Shown one piece after another: positions 53,905 through 63,301 of a DNA stretch of 64,000 nt. The notes under the pieces are model-generated. The model was not told where the DNA came from. It saw nothing but the letters and a program-made list of their open reading frames with translations, and made no database searches. The DNA is from an uncultured Chloroflexia bacterium (GTDB taxonomy: Bacteria; Chloroflexota; Limnocylindria; QHBO01): contig CAWFCQ010000006.1 of NCBI GenBank assembly GCA_963814375.1, positions 96,001-160,000 of the forward strand, written 5' to 3'. The position numbers and the translations under genes are program-made. The first letter of the stretch is position 1. The number at the start of each line of letters is the position of its first letter.

Positions 53905-54660
53905 TCAGTCCTCCCCGAACGGGTTCGGTCGCTTCGGCTTGTCAGGCGGCAGCTTGAAGAACTCCTCCGCGTCGGCCTTCGGTGGCATCGGCAGGGGCCA
54001 GTCGTCACCCTCATCGGGCGCGCTCGCGCGGATCAGGTCGGTCCACGCTTCGGCATCGGTCTCGCCGGAAAGCTCGCGCCGGTAGACGGGGAAGTGCTCG
54101 TCACCGGCGACGCGCTCGAAGCCGGCGGCCTCGTACACCGATGCCGGGCCCGGCGACGGCAGCCATGGGTCGGCAACACCCTCGGGATAGGCCTCGACGG
54201 CGGTGATTCCGCGTCGGTCGAGCTCGTCACACAGCGTGGCGAGCAACGAGGTCGCCGTCTCGTGGCGCTCCTCGGCCTGCATGGAAGGAGGGACCTGGAG
54301 GCAGGTGATCACCCATGGCGCCGGCGACTCGGGCAGCTCGGGGTATCGGTCGCGAATGTCGACCGCCCGCGGGTAGGCGCTCAGCGGGCCGAACTGGGCG
54401 TATCCCGCGGCGGTGCGAGCAACGGCGTCGGTCCGATAGGCCAGCAACGCATAGGAGCCGGCGAGCGCCCGACCTGCCAGCAATCGGCCGCGCTTCAGGC
54501 TCTCCCGGGCCGCCCCGCCGGCGCCCTCCTCGGGCGCGTCCCGCCCCCCATCGAGCCGCTCCCAGTAGTCGCAGGTCTGGCAGCGTGCTCCCGGCTGAGC
54601 CGGGGCCGGGATCTCGTCGAAGCTCGCCTCGTCCACGAGGGCGAACTCGAGCTCAGCCAC
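53905..54660 (-). CDS. GNAT-like protein with a CxxCxxW motif
   Basis: CQTCDYWE, GYAQFGP..YPR, VITCLQV, AVEAYP, YEAAGF; start overlaps the hutH stop. Confidence 0.7.
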   Translation of the reverse strand: MAELEFALVDEASFDEIPAPAQPGARCQTCDYWERLDGGRDAPEEGAGGAARESLKRGRLLAGRALAGSYALLAYRTDAVARTAAGYAQFGPLSAYPRAVDIRDRYPELPESPAPWVITCLQVPPSMQAEERHETATSLLATLCDELDRRGITAVEAYPEGVADPWLPSPGPASVYEAAGFERVAGDEHFPVYRRELSGETDAEAWTDLIRASAPDEGDDWPLPMPPKADAEEFFKLPPDKPKRPNPFGED

Positions 54661-56185
54661 TGGCCCGCTGGGTCGCGCCATTGGCGAGGAGGTCGCCGGC
54701 GTGGAGCAGCTCAGCGACGGCGGCGATGTCGGGCGCCGGCGGCCGGTCGGCGTCGAGATGTGCCACGCGTGCCCGGATGGCGGCGTGCGCATGCGCGACC
54801 CCGACGCCGGGGCGCATCGGCGTGCGGAAGTCGATGCCCTGGGCTGCGCACAGCGCCTCGATGGCGAGCACCTGTTCCGCCCGTTCCGTGGAGGCGCGCA
54901 GATGGAGAGCGCTCGTGGCGCCCATGCTCACGTGGTCCTCCTGGTTCGCGCTCGTCGGGATCGTGTCGACCGAGGACGGGTGGGAGAGCGTCTGGAGCTC
55001 GTTAACGAGGGCGGCGGCGGTGTAGTGAGCGATCATCAGCCCGCTCTCGACGCCGGGCCGCTCGGCGAGGAAGGCCGGCAGGCCGGAGAGGTTGGCGTCA
55101 ACGAGGCGCGCCGTCCGCCGCTCCGAGATGGATGCCAGCTCCGTCACCGCGATCGTCGCGTAGTCGAGCGCCAGCGCGAGCGGCTCGCCGTGGAAGTTCC
55201 CGCCGGAGAGGACTTCGCCGCCGGGCAGCACGAGCGGGTTGTCGGTCGCGGAGTTGATCTCGACGGCGAGGACGCGCTCCAGCTCGGCCAGCGCGTCGCG
55301 GACCGCGCCGTGGACCTGCGGCATGCAGCGCAGGCTGTAGGCGTCCTGCACCCGGTGCTCGGTGTCGGAGCGGTGCGAGTCCCAGATCTCGCTGTCGGCC
55401 ATCAGCTCGCGGAGGTGCCGTGCCGAGGCGATCTGGCCGGGGTGCGGTCGAGCCGCGACGAGGCGCTCGTCGAAGGCGGCGCCCGTCCCGAGCATCGCCT
55501 CCAGGCTCATGGCGCCGATGACATCGGCCGTCAGCGCCAGCCGCAGGGCGTCGTGGTGCGCGAGGCAGCCGATGCCCGCCATCAGCTGCGTCCCGTTGAG
55601 GAGCGCCAGGCCCTCCTTGGCGCCGAGCTCGACCGGCTCCAGGCCGGCGCGCGCCAGCGCCTCGCCGCCGCCGCCCGGCCCGGCGCCATCCACCGTCGCC
55701 TCGCCCTCGCCGATGAGCACGAGCGCGATGTGGGCCAGCGGCGCCAGATCGCCCGACGCGCCGAGGCTGCCGCGTGACGGCACCACCGGGTGCACGGCCG
55801 CGTTGAGCATCGCGGTCAGCAGCTCGACGAGGTCGGTGCGAACGCCGGAGAGCCCGACGGCGAGCGCATTGGCGCGGAGGAGGAGCATGGCCCGCACCAC
55901 CTCATCGGGCAGTGGCTCTCCCACGCCGGCGGCGTGCGACCGCACCAGGTTGCGCTGGAGCTCGGCGGTCTGGCCCGGATCGATGCGGACGTCAGCGAGA
56001 TCGCCGAAGCCTGTCGTCACGCCGTAGACCGGTGCCTCGGCCTCGACGAGGCGCTCGATCACCGCGTGCGAGGCACGCATCCGGTCGGCCGCATCGGCGT
56101 CGAGCGAGACAGGTCGCCGGCCCCGTGCGACCTCGATGACCTGGTCGATCGTGAGGTCCCGGCCGGTGAGCGGAAGGGGCGGCAT
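54653..56185 (-). CDS. hutH: Histidine ammonia-lyase
   Basis: YGVTTGFG, RSHAAGVG, GASGDLAPL (MIO motif), QDAYSLRC, NQEDHVSMG. Confidence 0.95.
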   Translation of the reverse strand: MPPLPLTGRDLTIDQVIEVARGRRPVSLDADAADRMRASHAVIERLVEAEAPVYGVTTGFGDLADVRIDPGQTAELQRNLVRSHAAGVGEPLPDEVVRAMLLLRANALAVGLSGVRTDLVELLTAMLNAAVHPVVPSRGSLGASGDLAPLAHIALVLIGEGEATVDGAGPGGGGEALARAGLEPVELGAKEGLALLNGTQLMAGIGCLAHHDALRLALTADVIGAMSLEAMLGTGAAFDERLVAARPHPGQIASARHLRELMADSEIWDSHRSDTEHRVQDAYSLRCMPQVHGAVRDALAELERVLAVEINSATDNPLVLPGGEVLSGGNFHGEPLALALDYATIAVTELASISERRTARLVDANLSGLPAFLAERPGVESGLMIAHYTAAALVNELQTLSHPSSVDTIPTSANQEDHVSMGATSALHLRASTERAEQVLAIEALCAAQGIDFRTPMRPGVGVAHAHAAIRARVAHLDADRPPAPDIAAVAELLHAGDLLANGATQRASG

Positions 56186-56226
56186 CGGTCCGTATACTAC
56201 GCACCGTGCGACGGCTGCCGGACCCC

Positions 56227-57085
56227 ATGAGCCGCCTCGTCGTTCATGACGAGGCCGCGCATCGCCTGGGCGGAGCCGTCCCGAGCCCGGCCGCGGCCTT
56301 CCTCCTTGCCGTCGTGGCGCTGCCCGCGCTCTTCTGGTTGGTGATGCTCAAGCGCACGACCACGTCGACGCTGCCCGAGGAGTGGCTGATGACGACGATC
56401 GTGCCCGCGGTCCACGGCTGGGTGGAAACGTACCTGCCCCTGGTCGACACGCTGATCATCGGCATCAGCGCGCTCGGCAGCGGGTGGTTCGTGGCGATCG
56501 CCTTCGCCGCTCTCGGGCTGCTCGCCCTCTCGCGCGGACGTCGCGACCTCGCCTTCCTGCTCGCCCTCGGCACCCTCTGCTTCCCGATGGAGTGGGCGCT
56601 GAAGTACTTCACATCGTCGGAGGCGATCAGCCTCCCCGTCCTGGTCAGTGCGATGTTCGACATCAACGGGGTCGGCCTCGACGATATCGCCGACTTTCCG
56701 GCGGGGCACGCGCTGCGGGCGACGGTCCTCTACGGCATGGCCGCCTTCTGCGTCGCGCGCCTGGCGCACGACTACCGCCAGGGCTTCATCGCGTACGCCG
56801 CGGCCGCGGCCATCATCGGTGCGATCAGCGCCACCCGCATCTACCTCGGCGCGCACTACCCGATCGACGTGATCGGCGGGTGGATAGCCGGCGGCGCGCT
56901 CCTCTCGATCCTCGTCGCGATCCACGTGCTCCGCGTCGATGAGCGCGCCCAGGAGCGGGAGCGACGGGCCGCCGGCCGGGCGTCCCCGTCGCGTGGCGGT
57001 GCCGCGCCGCGAGGGGTCGACCGCCACGACCTCCACAACCGCGCCGACCGCGCCGACCCCGCCCGTCGGCCACGTCGAGGGCTGA
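56227..57085 (+). CDS. PAP2-family phosphatase; likely frameshift near 56990
   Basis: LK...FPAGHA...TRIYLGAHYPIDV; the tail in the shifted frame ends at TGA 57083-57085. Confidence 0.75.
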
Positions 57086-57088
57086 GCG

Positions 57089-57751
57089 CTGCTCGACTTC
57101 ATCGACGAAAGGGTCATCCCGTTCGTCCTCGAGATGTACGACGCGGTGGGCTACCTCGGCGTGGCGTTCGCGGTGGCGCTCGAGACGATCGTGGCGCCGA
57201 TTCCCTCCGAGGTCATCCTGCCGATGGCCGGCTGGAAGGTGAGCCAGTCGGCGGCGGACGCCTCGGTGCTGGAGCCACTGACCAACCTGGCGTGGAACAT
57301 CCCCCTCGCCGTCCTCTTCGCCACCGCCGGCAGCCTGGTGGGTGCGCTGGTGGGATACGCCATCGGCGCCTGGGGAGGGCGTCCGCTGCTGGACCGATAC
57401 GGGCGTTACGTCGGCATCGGCGCCGAGGATCTCGACCGCGCCGACCGCTGGTTCGACCGCTGGGGCAACTGGGCGGTCTTCCTCGGCCGCATGGTCCCAC
57501 TCGTCCGGACCTTCGTCAGCTATCCGGCCGGCATCAGCCGCATGCCGATCGGGCGCTTCGTGCTGTTCAGCACGCTCGGGTCGTTGCCGTGGAACGCCGC
57601 GCTCATCGGCGCCGGCTTCGTCGTCGGCGAGAACTATCAGCAGATCGAGGCGGCGATCAAGCCGTACGAGTACCTGATCTACGCCATCGTGATCGGCCTG
57701 GTCGCGCTCGTCATCGCCCGCTGGCAGCTGGGCAAGCGCCGGGCGGCGTAG
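57089..57751 (+). CDS. DedA-family membrane protein (start uncertain: CTG 57089 or ATG 57134)
   Basis: PIPSEVILPMAG, GRMVPLVRTFVSYPAG. Confidence 0.9.
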   Translation: MLDFIDERVIPFVLEMYDAVGYLGVAFAVALETIVAPIPSEVILPMAGWKVSQSAADASVLEPLTNLAWNIPLAVLFATAGSLVGALVGYAIGAWGGRPLLDRYGRYVGIGAEDLDRADRWFDRWGNWAVFLGRMVPLVRTFVSYPAGISRMPIGRFVLFSTLGSLPWNAALIGAGFVVGENYQQIEAAIKPYEYLIYAIVIGLVALVIARWQLGKRRAA

Positions 57752-57810
57752 GTCGGCGAGGTTGACCCTCGGAACGCCACCTGCGACGATCGGACCAATC
57801 GAACGATCCA

Positions 57811-57974
57811 TCGTCTTCGGGGCGGGGTGAAAGTCCCCACCGGCGGTCGGCTCCTGCACGCAAGGGCCAGCCCGCGAACCGTACCGGTCGAGAGACCGAT
57901 GCGGCCGACCTGACCCCCGGCGCCACGCCGGGGCAGACAGGGCCGACGGTCACAGTCCGGAAGGGAGAAGACGA
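57811..57974 (+). ncRNA. FMN riboswitch (RFN element)
   Basis: TCTTCGGGGCGGGGTGAAAGTCCCCACCGGCGGT...AGCCCGCGA...CCGACGGT.ACAGTCCGGAAGGGAGAAGA, with P1 TCGTCTTC/GAAGACGA. Confidence 0.93.
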
Positions 57975-58072
57975 CCGGCTGATCGCCGCGCGCCCACCAT
58001 GCGGCCGGCGCGGGGGTGATCTGCCGGTGCGCCCCGTGTCAACGATCCACACGATCAGCGCGGGAAACACGG

Positions 58073-58897
58073 ATGAGCGATCAGATCACCGGCACAGCGG
58101 GGCTCGACGTCGCGGTCGACGCAGCCAGCATGCGGTTCGCGAAGCCGGACGGTGGCCTGGACGCCCTGGCGGACTGCAGCCTCGAGGTGGTCGCCGGGTC
58201 GTTCACCGTCGTCATCGGCCCGAACGGATGCGGTAAGAGCACCCTGCTGCGCCTGGTGGCCGGCCTGCTGCGGCCGACCGATGGATCGGTGGCAGTGGGC
58301 GGCAGCGAGCCGCACGCCGGCGATGGCCGCGTCGGCCTCTCGTTCCAGCAGCCGCGACTCATCCCTTGGCGCGACGTCGCCGACAACGTGGCGCTGCCGC
58401 TCGAGCTGGCGGGGATCGGTGCCGTTGAGCGCCAGCAGCGTGCCGGCGCCGCGCTCGAGCACGTCGGCCTCGCCGATGGCGCCCATCTTCGTCCGGCGGA
58501 GCTCTCGGGTGGGATGGCCCAGCGCGCCGGTTTGGCGCGGGCGCTGGTCGTCGATCCGCCGGTGCTGTTGCTCGACGAGCCGTTCAGCGCCCTCGACGCC
58601 CTGACCCGCGAGACGTTCGACGCGGAGCTCCAGCGCCTGTGGCTTGAGCGGCCGCGAACCGTGATCCTCGTGACCCACAGCGTGGCCGAGGCCGTCGCCC
58701 TTGCCGACCGCGTCGTGGTCATGACGCCGAGCCCTGGCCGTGTCGCGCGCGTGGTCGAGGTGGACCTGCCCCGGCCGCGCCCGACCGAGCTGGCGGGCGA
58801 GCCCCACGCCGCTCAGCTGGTCGCCGAGATTCGTGACGCTCTGGCCGCGTCGCACGCCATGGAGCTCCGACCCTGGTCGGAGCGCGGTGCGGCATGA
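58073..58897 (+). CDS. ABC transporter ATP-binding protein (probable riboflavin uptake)
   Basis: GPNGCGKST, LSGGMAQR, LLLDEPF; downstream of the FMN riboswitch. Confidence 0.9.
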   Translation: MSDQITGTAGLDVAVDAASMRFAKPDGGLDALADCSLEVVAGSFTVVIGPNGCGKSTLLRLVAGLLRPTDGSVAVGGSEPHAGDGRVGLSFQQPRLIPWRDVADNVALPLELAGIGAVERQQRAGAALEHVGLADGAHLRPAELSGGMAQRAGLARALVVDPPVLLLDEPFSALDALTRETFDAELQRLWLERPRTVILVTHSVAEAVALADRVVVMTPSPGRVARVVEVDLPRPRPTELAGEPHAAQLVAEIRDALAASHAMELRPWSERGAA

Positions 58898-59634
58898 GGC
58901 GACTGCTCGGGGGCATTGCCAGCCTCGCCGTCTTCCTCATCGCGTGGAAGCTCATCACCGTCGTCGGGGGCTACCCGGACTACATCCTCCCAGCGCCGGA
59001 GGTTGTCGCCGAGCGTGGCCTTCGCGCGATCGCATCGGGGGTGCTGTGGGAGCACCTCGCCCTGACCATCATCGAGGCTGCGCTGGGCTTCATCCTCGGC
59101 GCGACGGCCGCAATCCTGGTGGGGATCGCGCTGGGGAAGTCGCTCGGCGTCGAGCGCGTCCTCTCCCCCTATCTCGTCGCGGCCCAGGCGGTGCCGATCC
59201 TGGCCCTGGCGCCTCTCCTTGACATCTGGTTCGGCGGCGGCCTCTCGGCGCGCGTCGTGATCTGCGCCCTCATCGTCTTCTTCCCGATCACGATCGCCAC
59301 CATGGTCGGGATCCGATCGACCGACCCGCTGCTTGACGAGATGATGCGCAGCCTGGGGGCCACCCCGGGCCAGGTGACGCGCCTGCTCGAGGTGCCCTCC
59401 GCCCTGCCGGTCATCTTCGGCGGCCTCCGCGTCGGTGTCACGCTGGCCGTCATCGGCGCCGTCGTGGCGGAGTGGGCGGGTGCCTCCGCCGGGCTCGGAG
59501 TCCTCATCAACATCGCCAACCAGGGCCTCTTCGACACCCCGCTCATGTTCGTCGCCCTCGTCGCGCTCGCGATCATCGGCCTCGTCTTCTACGGCCTGAT
59601 CGTGTTCGCCGAGCGACGCCTCATCGCCCGCTGA
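58894..59634 (+). CDS. ABC transporter permease (RibX-like)
   Basis: TauC/SsuC-type permease: ILPAP, FFPI, GAVVAEW. Confidence 0.88.
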   Translation: MRRLLGGIASLAVFLIAWKLITVVGGYPDYILPAPEVVAERGLRAIASGVLWEHLALTIIEAALGFILGATAAILVGIALGKSLGVERVLSPYLVAAQAVPILALAPLLDIWFGGGLSARVVICALIVFFPITIATMVGIRSTDPLLDEMMRSLGATPGQVTRLLEVPSALPVIFGGLRVGVTLAVIGAVVAEWAGASAGLGVLINIANQGLFDTPLMFVALVALAIIGLVFYGLIVFAERRLIAR

Positions 59635-59644
59635 AAGGAAACCG

Positions 59645-60637
59645 ATGCTCCCCCCACGCCGCGCGCTCCTGCTCATGCTCCTCGTCATGACGGCATGCAC
59701 CCCGTCCGGATCCGCGGGCACCGCATCGGCCAGCGAGCCGCTGCGCGCCGTAACACTCGTGCTCGGCTTCCGGCCGGATGTGCAGTTCGCCCCGTTCTAC
59801 GTGGCGCAGCAGGAGGGCCACTACGCCGATGCCGGCCTCGAGGTCACGATCGAGCACCACCAGGCGCCGGACGTGCAGCGCCTCGTCGCCGAAGGAGAAG
59901 CCGAGTTCGGCGTGGCAGACGCGACCGATGTCATGATCGCGCGCACCTCGGGCATCCCCGTCCGATATGTCTCGACGCTCTACCAGAGCTTCCCGGTGGC
60001 GCTCATCGGGCATGCCGGCGAGGTGCCCACCGATCCGGCCGACCTGGCCGGCAGGACGATCGGCACGCCAGGGCGATTCGGGTCGTCGTGGCACGCTCTG
60101 CTGGCGCTCCTCGATGCGGGCGGGCTGAGCGAGGACGACGTCACGATCCGCGAGTACCCACAGTTCAACCAGGTCGACGGCCTGGCCAACGGCGACGTCG
60201 AGCTGATCACCGGCTTTCGCAACAACGAGCCGCTCCGCCTGGAGGCGCGGGGGATCGAGGTCGACCTGCTCACCGTCGATGAGGTGGCGCCGCTCCCCGG
60301 TCCGGGCGTCATCGTCGGCGACGAGCTCCTCGCGAGTAACTCGGATCTGGTGCGTGCCTTTGTCGAAGCGACGGCTGCGGCCCAGGCCGACGTGATCGCC
60401 GATCCCGACCTCGGCTTCGCGGCCGCCGAGGCGGCGGTGCCGACGATCGCGGAGGACCCCGACGTCGCCCGCGAGGTCCTCGACGCAACCGTGGCGCTGT
60501 GGGAGGGAGATGGGTTCGCGGACGGCGCGATCGACGAGGAGCTATGGAGCTCCGGCTACGAGACGATGCTTCGCCTCCAGCTCATCGATGGATCGGTGCC
60601 CGTCGAGGAGATGATCGACACGACGATCGTGAGATGA
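59645..60637 (+). CDS. NMT1/THI5-like substrate-binding lipoprotein (RibY-like)
   Basis: MTAC lipobox; GFRPDVQFAPFYVA..GHY; NNEP. Confidence 0.85.
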   Translation: MLPPRRALLLMLLVMTACTPSGSAGTASASEPLRAVTLVLGFRPDVQFAPFYVAQQEGHYADAGLEVTIEHHQAPDVQRLVAEGEAEFGVADATDVMIARTSGIPVRYVSTLYQSFPVALIGHAGEVPTDPADLAGRTIGTPGRFGSSWHALLALLDAGGLSEDDVTIREYPQFNQVDGLANGDVELITGFRNNEPLRLEARGIEVDLLTVDEVAPLPGPGVIVGDELLASNSDLVRAFVEATAAAQADVIADPDLGFAAAEAAVPTIAEDPDVAREVLDATVALWEGDGFADGAIDEELWSSGYETMLRLQLIDGSVPVEEMIDTTIVR

Positions 60638-60673
60638 GGCGAAGGCCGCGTGGCGGCCCCCACCTCGATCGGT

Positions 60674-61330
60674 TCAGCGGGGCTGCAGGCCCCCGGAGGT
60701 CTCGGCGTCGTCGGTCGACTCCTCCTCGCCTCCTGCGGCAGCGGCTCCAAGTCCGGCACGCTCGTCCGCGGTCCAGGCACTGCCCGAACCGGCCTCGGTC
60801 GCTGCGGCGGCACTGAGTCCGGCTCGCTCGTCGGCGGTCCAGGCACTGCCCGAACCGGCCTCGGTCGCTGCGGCGGCAAGTCCCGCACGCTCGTCCGCGG
60901 TCCAGGCACTGCCCTCTGCTCCCGACACCGCGGCGGCTCCGGCCGACCCGGCATCGTTGGCGGAGAACGAGCTCAGGCCAATCCCGGCGCCGGCTCCCAG
61001 GGCCACGCTGCCGACGAGCACGCCGGTCACGAGCAATCGCTTGCGGAACGCGTCGGCGTCCTCCCGCGACGGAACGTGAATGCTGATGGCGTGGCCCTCG
61101 GTGTCGTCGTCGCTCTCGACGATGACGCGGAAGCGGTTGCCCGTGCCCTGGCCGTGGCCCTCGGTGTCCGCGTCATCCTCGTCGGCGAGGCGGATGCTGA
61201 CCTCAGCGGATCCAGGCTTCTGAGCGAGAATGCGATCCAGCCACTCCTGGTCGCCCTCGGGCACGAAGCGAAGCTTCTTGGCGTGGCCCTCGGTGTCATC
61301 CCCCAGCTCGATGATGTAGTCGTCTGGCAT
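60674..61330 (-). CDS. Hypothetical single-TM protein with 3x DTEGH and 3x GSAWTADERAGL repeats
   Basis: GGAGG RBS; clear coding bias; repeats visible in both DNA and protein. Confidence 0.75.
   Translation of the reverse strand: MPDDYIIELGDDTEGHAKKLRFVPEGDQEWLDRILAQKPGSAEVSIRLADEDDADTEGHGQGTGNRFRVIVESDDDTEGHAISIHVPSREDADAFRKRLLVTGVLVGSVALGAGAGIGLSSFSANDAGSAGAAAVSGAEGSAWTADERAGLAAAATEAGSGSAWTADERAGLSAAAATEAGSGSAWTADERAGLGAAAAGGEEESTDDAETSGGLQPR
60735..60915 (-). repeat. 60-63 bp coding tandem repeat, 3 copies
   Basis: GCTCGTC(C/G)GCGGTCCAGGCACTGCCC core repeated. Confidence 0.9.
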
Positions 61331-61548
61331 GTCGCGACCTCCGACCGTTCGGTTCCAGGCCCGCGATCATGGCCGCGGACACTGCTCGGATCGACAGTAT
61401 CGGTGTCCCGATCGCTGGCGTGCATGCGACCGGACCGCGCCACTGTCAATTGGACGACAACACAACCCACCCGCCGTGTCGGCGGAACGACCGGACAGCT
61501 GTCTGCGCGTCGCTACCGCGACAGCACTGATCGATCGAACATACCGGC

Positions 61549-61728
61549 ATGGATGCCGACGCCCGAGCCGATGCGACCCGATTCGAACAGCTCTGCCTGC
61601 TGCGCGAGCTGTATGCCCGCCGCGCCGAGCGCGACCGGGTCGGCATCATGAGCATGCGCGATGCGATGCGTTACGCCGAGGTGCTGCTCAGCTCGGTGAC
61701 CCCGCCGCCGGCCGAACGCTCGGTCTGA
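61549..61728 (+). CDS. 59-aa hypothetical protein (not in the ORF track)
   Basis: MDADARADATRFEQLCLLRELYARRAERDRVGIMSMRDAMRYAEVLLSSVTPPPAERSV; GC3-rich codons. Confidence 0.5.
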   Translation: MDADARADATRFEQLCLLRELYARRAERDRVGIMSMRDAMRYAEVLLSSVTPPPAERSV

Positions 61729-62579
61729 GGGTTCCCGGCCGCGGCCGCTCGCTCGGCCGCCTCGACCGTCTGGCGCAGCACCATCATCGGCGTCACCGGG
61801 CCGATCCCTCCCGGCACCGGCGTGATCGCCGCCACCACCGGCGCGACCGTCGCGAAGGCCACGTCACCCACGATGCCTCCCGCGGTCGCGTTGATTCCGC
61901 AGTCGATGACGACGGCCGAGCGGTTGACCATCTCCGGCCGGATGAGCTCCGGAGAGCCAGCGGCCGCCACGAGCAGGTCCGCCCGCCTGGTCTCGCGCGC
62001 CAGGTGCCTGGTGGCGCGGTGGCAGACGACCACGGTGGCGTCACGGGCCAGCAGCAGCGACGCCACCGGCCGGCCGACCACGGCCGAGCGGCCGACGACG
62101 ACCGCGCGACGGCCGGCGATCGGGATGCGGTGGGCCTCGAGCACGGCGACCACCGCCAGCGCGGTAGCCGGCACGAATGCCGGCTCCCCGCGGGCGAGGC
62201 GCCCGGCGCTGGTGGGGGTTGCGCCATCGACGTCCTTGACGGGGTCGATCAGCTCGACCAGGCGCCGCCCGGCGCTCGGATCGGCGAATGGCTGGGCCAC
62301 GACGATGCCTGTGACCGTCGGGTCGCGGTTGAGGCGCTCGATCGCCGTCCTCGGGTCCGCCTCGGCCGGCACCTTCTCGGGCGTCACACCGATGCTGCGA
62401 GCCGCACGCTCGAGGCTTGCCGCGTACACCGATGCCGCCTCACTGGCACCATCACCCAGGATCGCCAGCACGGGAGGGGACCGCTCACCGTCGGGTCCCG
62501 TCAGTGCCTCGACACGATGCCCGAGCTCGCGTCGCAGGTGAGAGGCGAGCTCGCGGCCGTCGAGCAGCCGAGCTGTCAT
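61671..62579 (-). CDS. folD: Methylenetetrahydrofolate dehydrogenase/cyclohydrolase FolD
   Basis: KDVDG, FVPAT, VGRSAVVGRP, VIDCGIN, TPVPGGIGP. Confidence 0.9.
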   Translation of the reverse strand: MTARLLDGRELASHLRRELGHRVEALTGPDGERSPPVLAILGDGASEAASVYAASLERAARSIGVTPEKVPAEADPRTAIERLNRDPTVTGIVVAQPFADPSAGRRLVELIDPVKDVDGATPTSAGRLARGEPAFVPATALAVVAVLEAHRIPIAGRRAVVVGRSAVVGRPVASLLLARDATVVVCHRATRHLARETRRADLLVAAAGSPELIRPEMVNRSAVVIDCGINATAGGIVGDVAFATVAPVVAAITPVPGGIGPVTPMMVLRQTVEAAERAAAAGNPQTERSAGGGVTELSSTSA

Positions 62580-63214
62580 CCGATCCGAGCCTCGACGGCT
62601 TCCCGCATCGCGGCTTCGCGAGCGTCGATGTCGACGAGCAGCGCTTCGAGGGCCGAGGGCGCCTCGGTCGCGAGCGGATCGTCGGCGGCGAGCGATGGGA
62701 GGTTGATGCGGACGTTCAGCGCGGCGCCGCGCATGGCGGCTCCCGCAAGCAGGCCCCCGACCCCGACGTCGCTGATGGCATTGCCGTTGCCGATCGGGCT
62801 CAGACGCTCGGCGAGCCCCAGCACTTCGGATGCGCGATGCACGGTATCGAGCGGCACACGCGTCGCTTCCCGGACCGCGCCGGCCAGCTGCGTGGCGCGC
62901 AGCTGTTGCTCGCGGAGGCTGGCCTTCGGCAGCCTGCGCGCTCGGACGACCGCGTCATACGCGACGGCGTCGAGGTCCGCGAGGGTGGTGAGCTCGGACT
63001 GAAGCGCCGCGGCAGCCAGCCCGATCTCGGTCAGGGAAGCCTCGTGCTGGGTCGCGCCCGGCCTGCCGGTGCTGAGCGACACGACCATGTGAATGAGTGC
63101 AGCGCCCATCGCCCCGGCGAGGGCGGACGCGCTCCCGCCGCCCGGCACGGGTGCGCTGCTGGCGAGCTGGGCGAGCAGCTCACGGGCCGGCAAGTCGCTT
63201 GGTCGGTCGTCCAT
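62576..63214 (-). CDS. Formiminotetrahydrofolate cyclodeaminase (FTCD_C) family protein
   Basis: LASSAPVPGGGSASA, SDVGVG, ALNVRINL. Confidence 0.9.
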   Translation of the reverse strand: MDDRPSDLPARELLAQLASSAPVPGGGSASALAGAMGAALIHMVVSLSTGRPGATQHEASLTEIGLAAAALQSELTTLADLDAVAYDAVVRARRLPKASLREQQLRATQLAGAVREATRVPLDTVHRASEVLGLAERLSPIGNGNAISDVGVGGLLAGAAMRGAALNVRINLPSLAADDPLATEAPSALEALLVDIDAREAAMREAVEARIG

Positions 63215-63301
63215 CGGGGACCGGGGACCCTCGTGTGGGACGCCGGCGCAGAGATCGGCCCGGCGTGGTGCCGGGCCGATTGTAGGCGTGGTCGCCTCGG
63301 A

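Noticed and set aside
56206-57765. 519-aa PAP2 fusion ORF
   Set aside because: The C-terminal part is an off-frame reading over dedA, caused by a likely indel near 56990.
60735-60915. 60-63 bp repeats as a CRISPR or other non-coding array
   Set aside because: They are in-frame coding repeats with synonymous variation.
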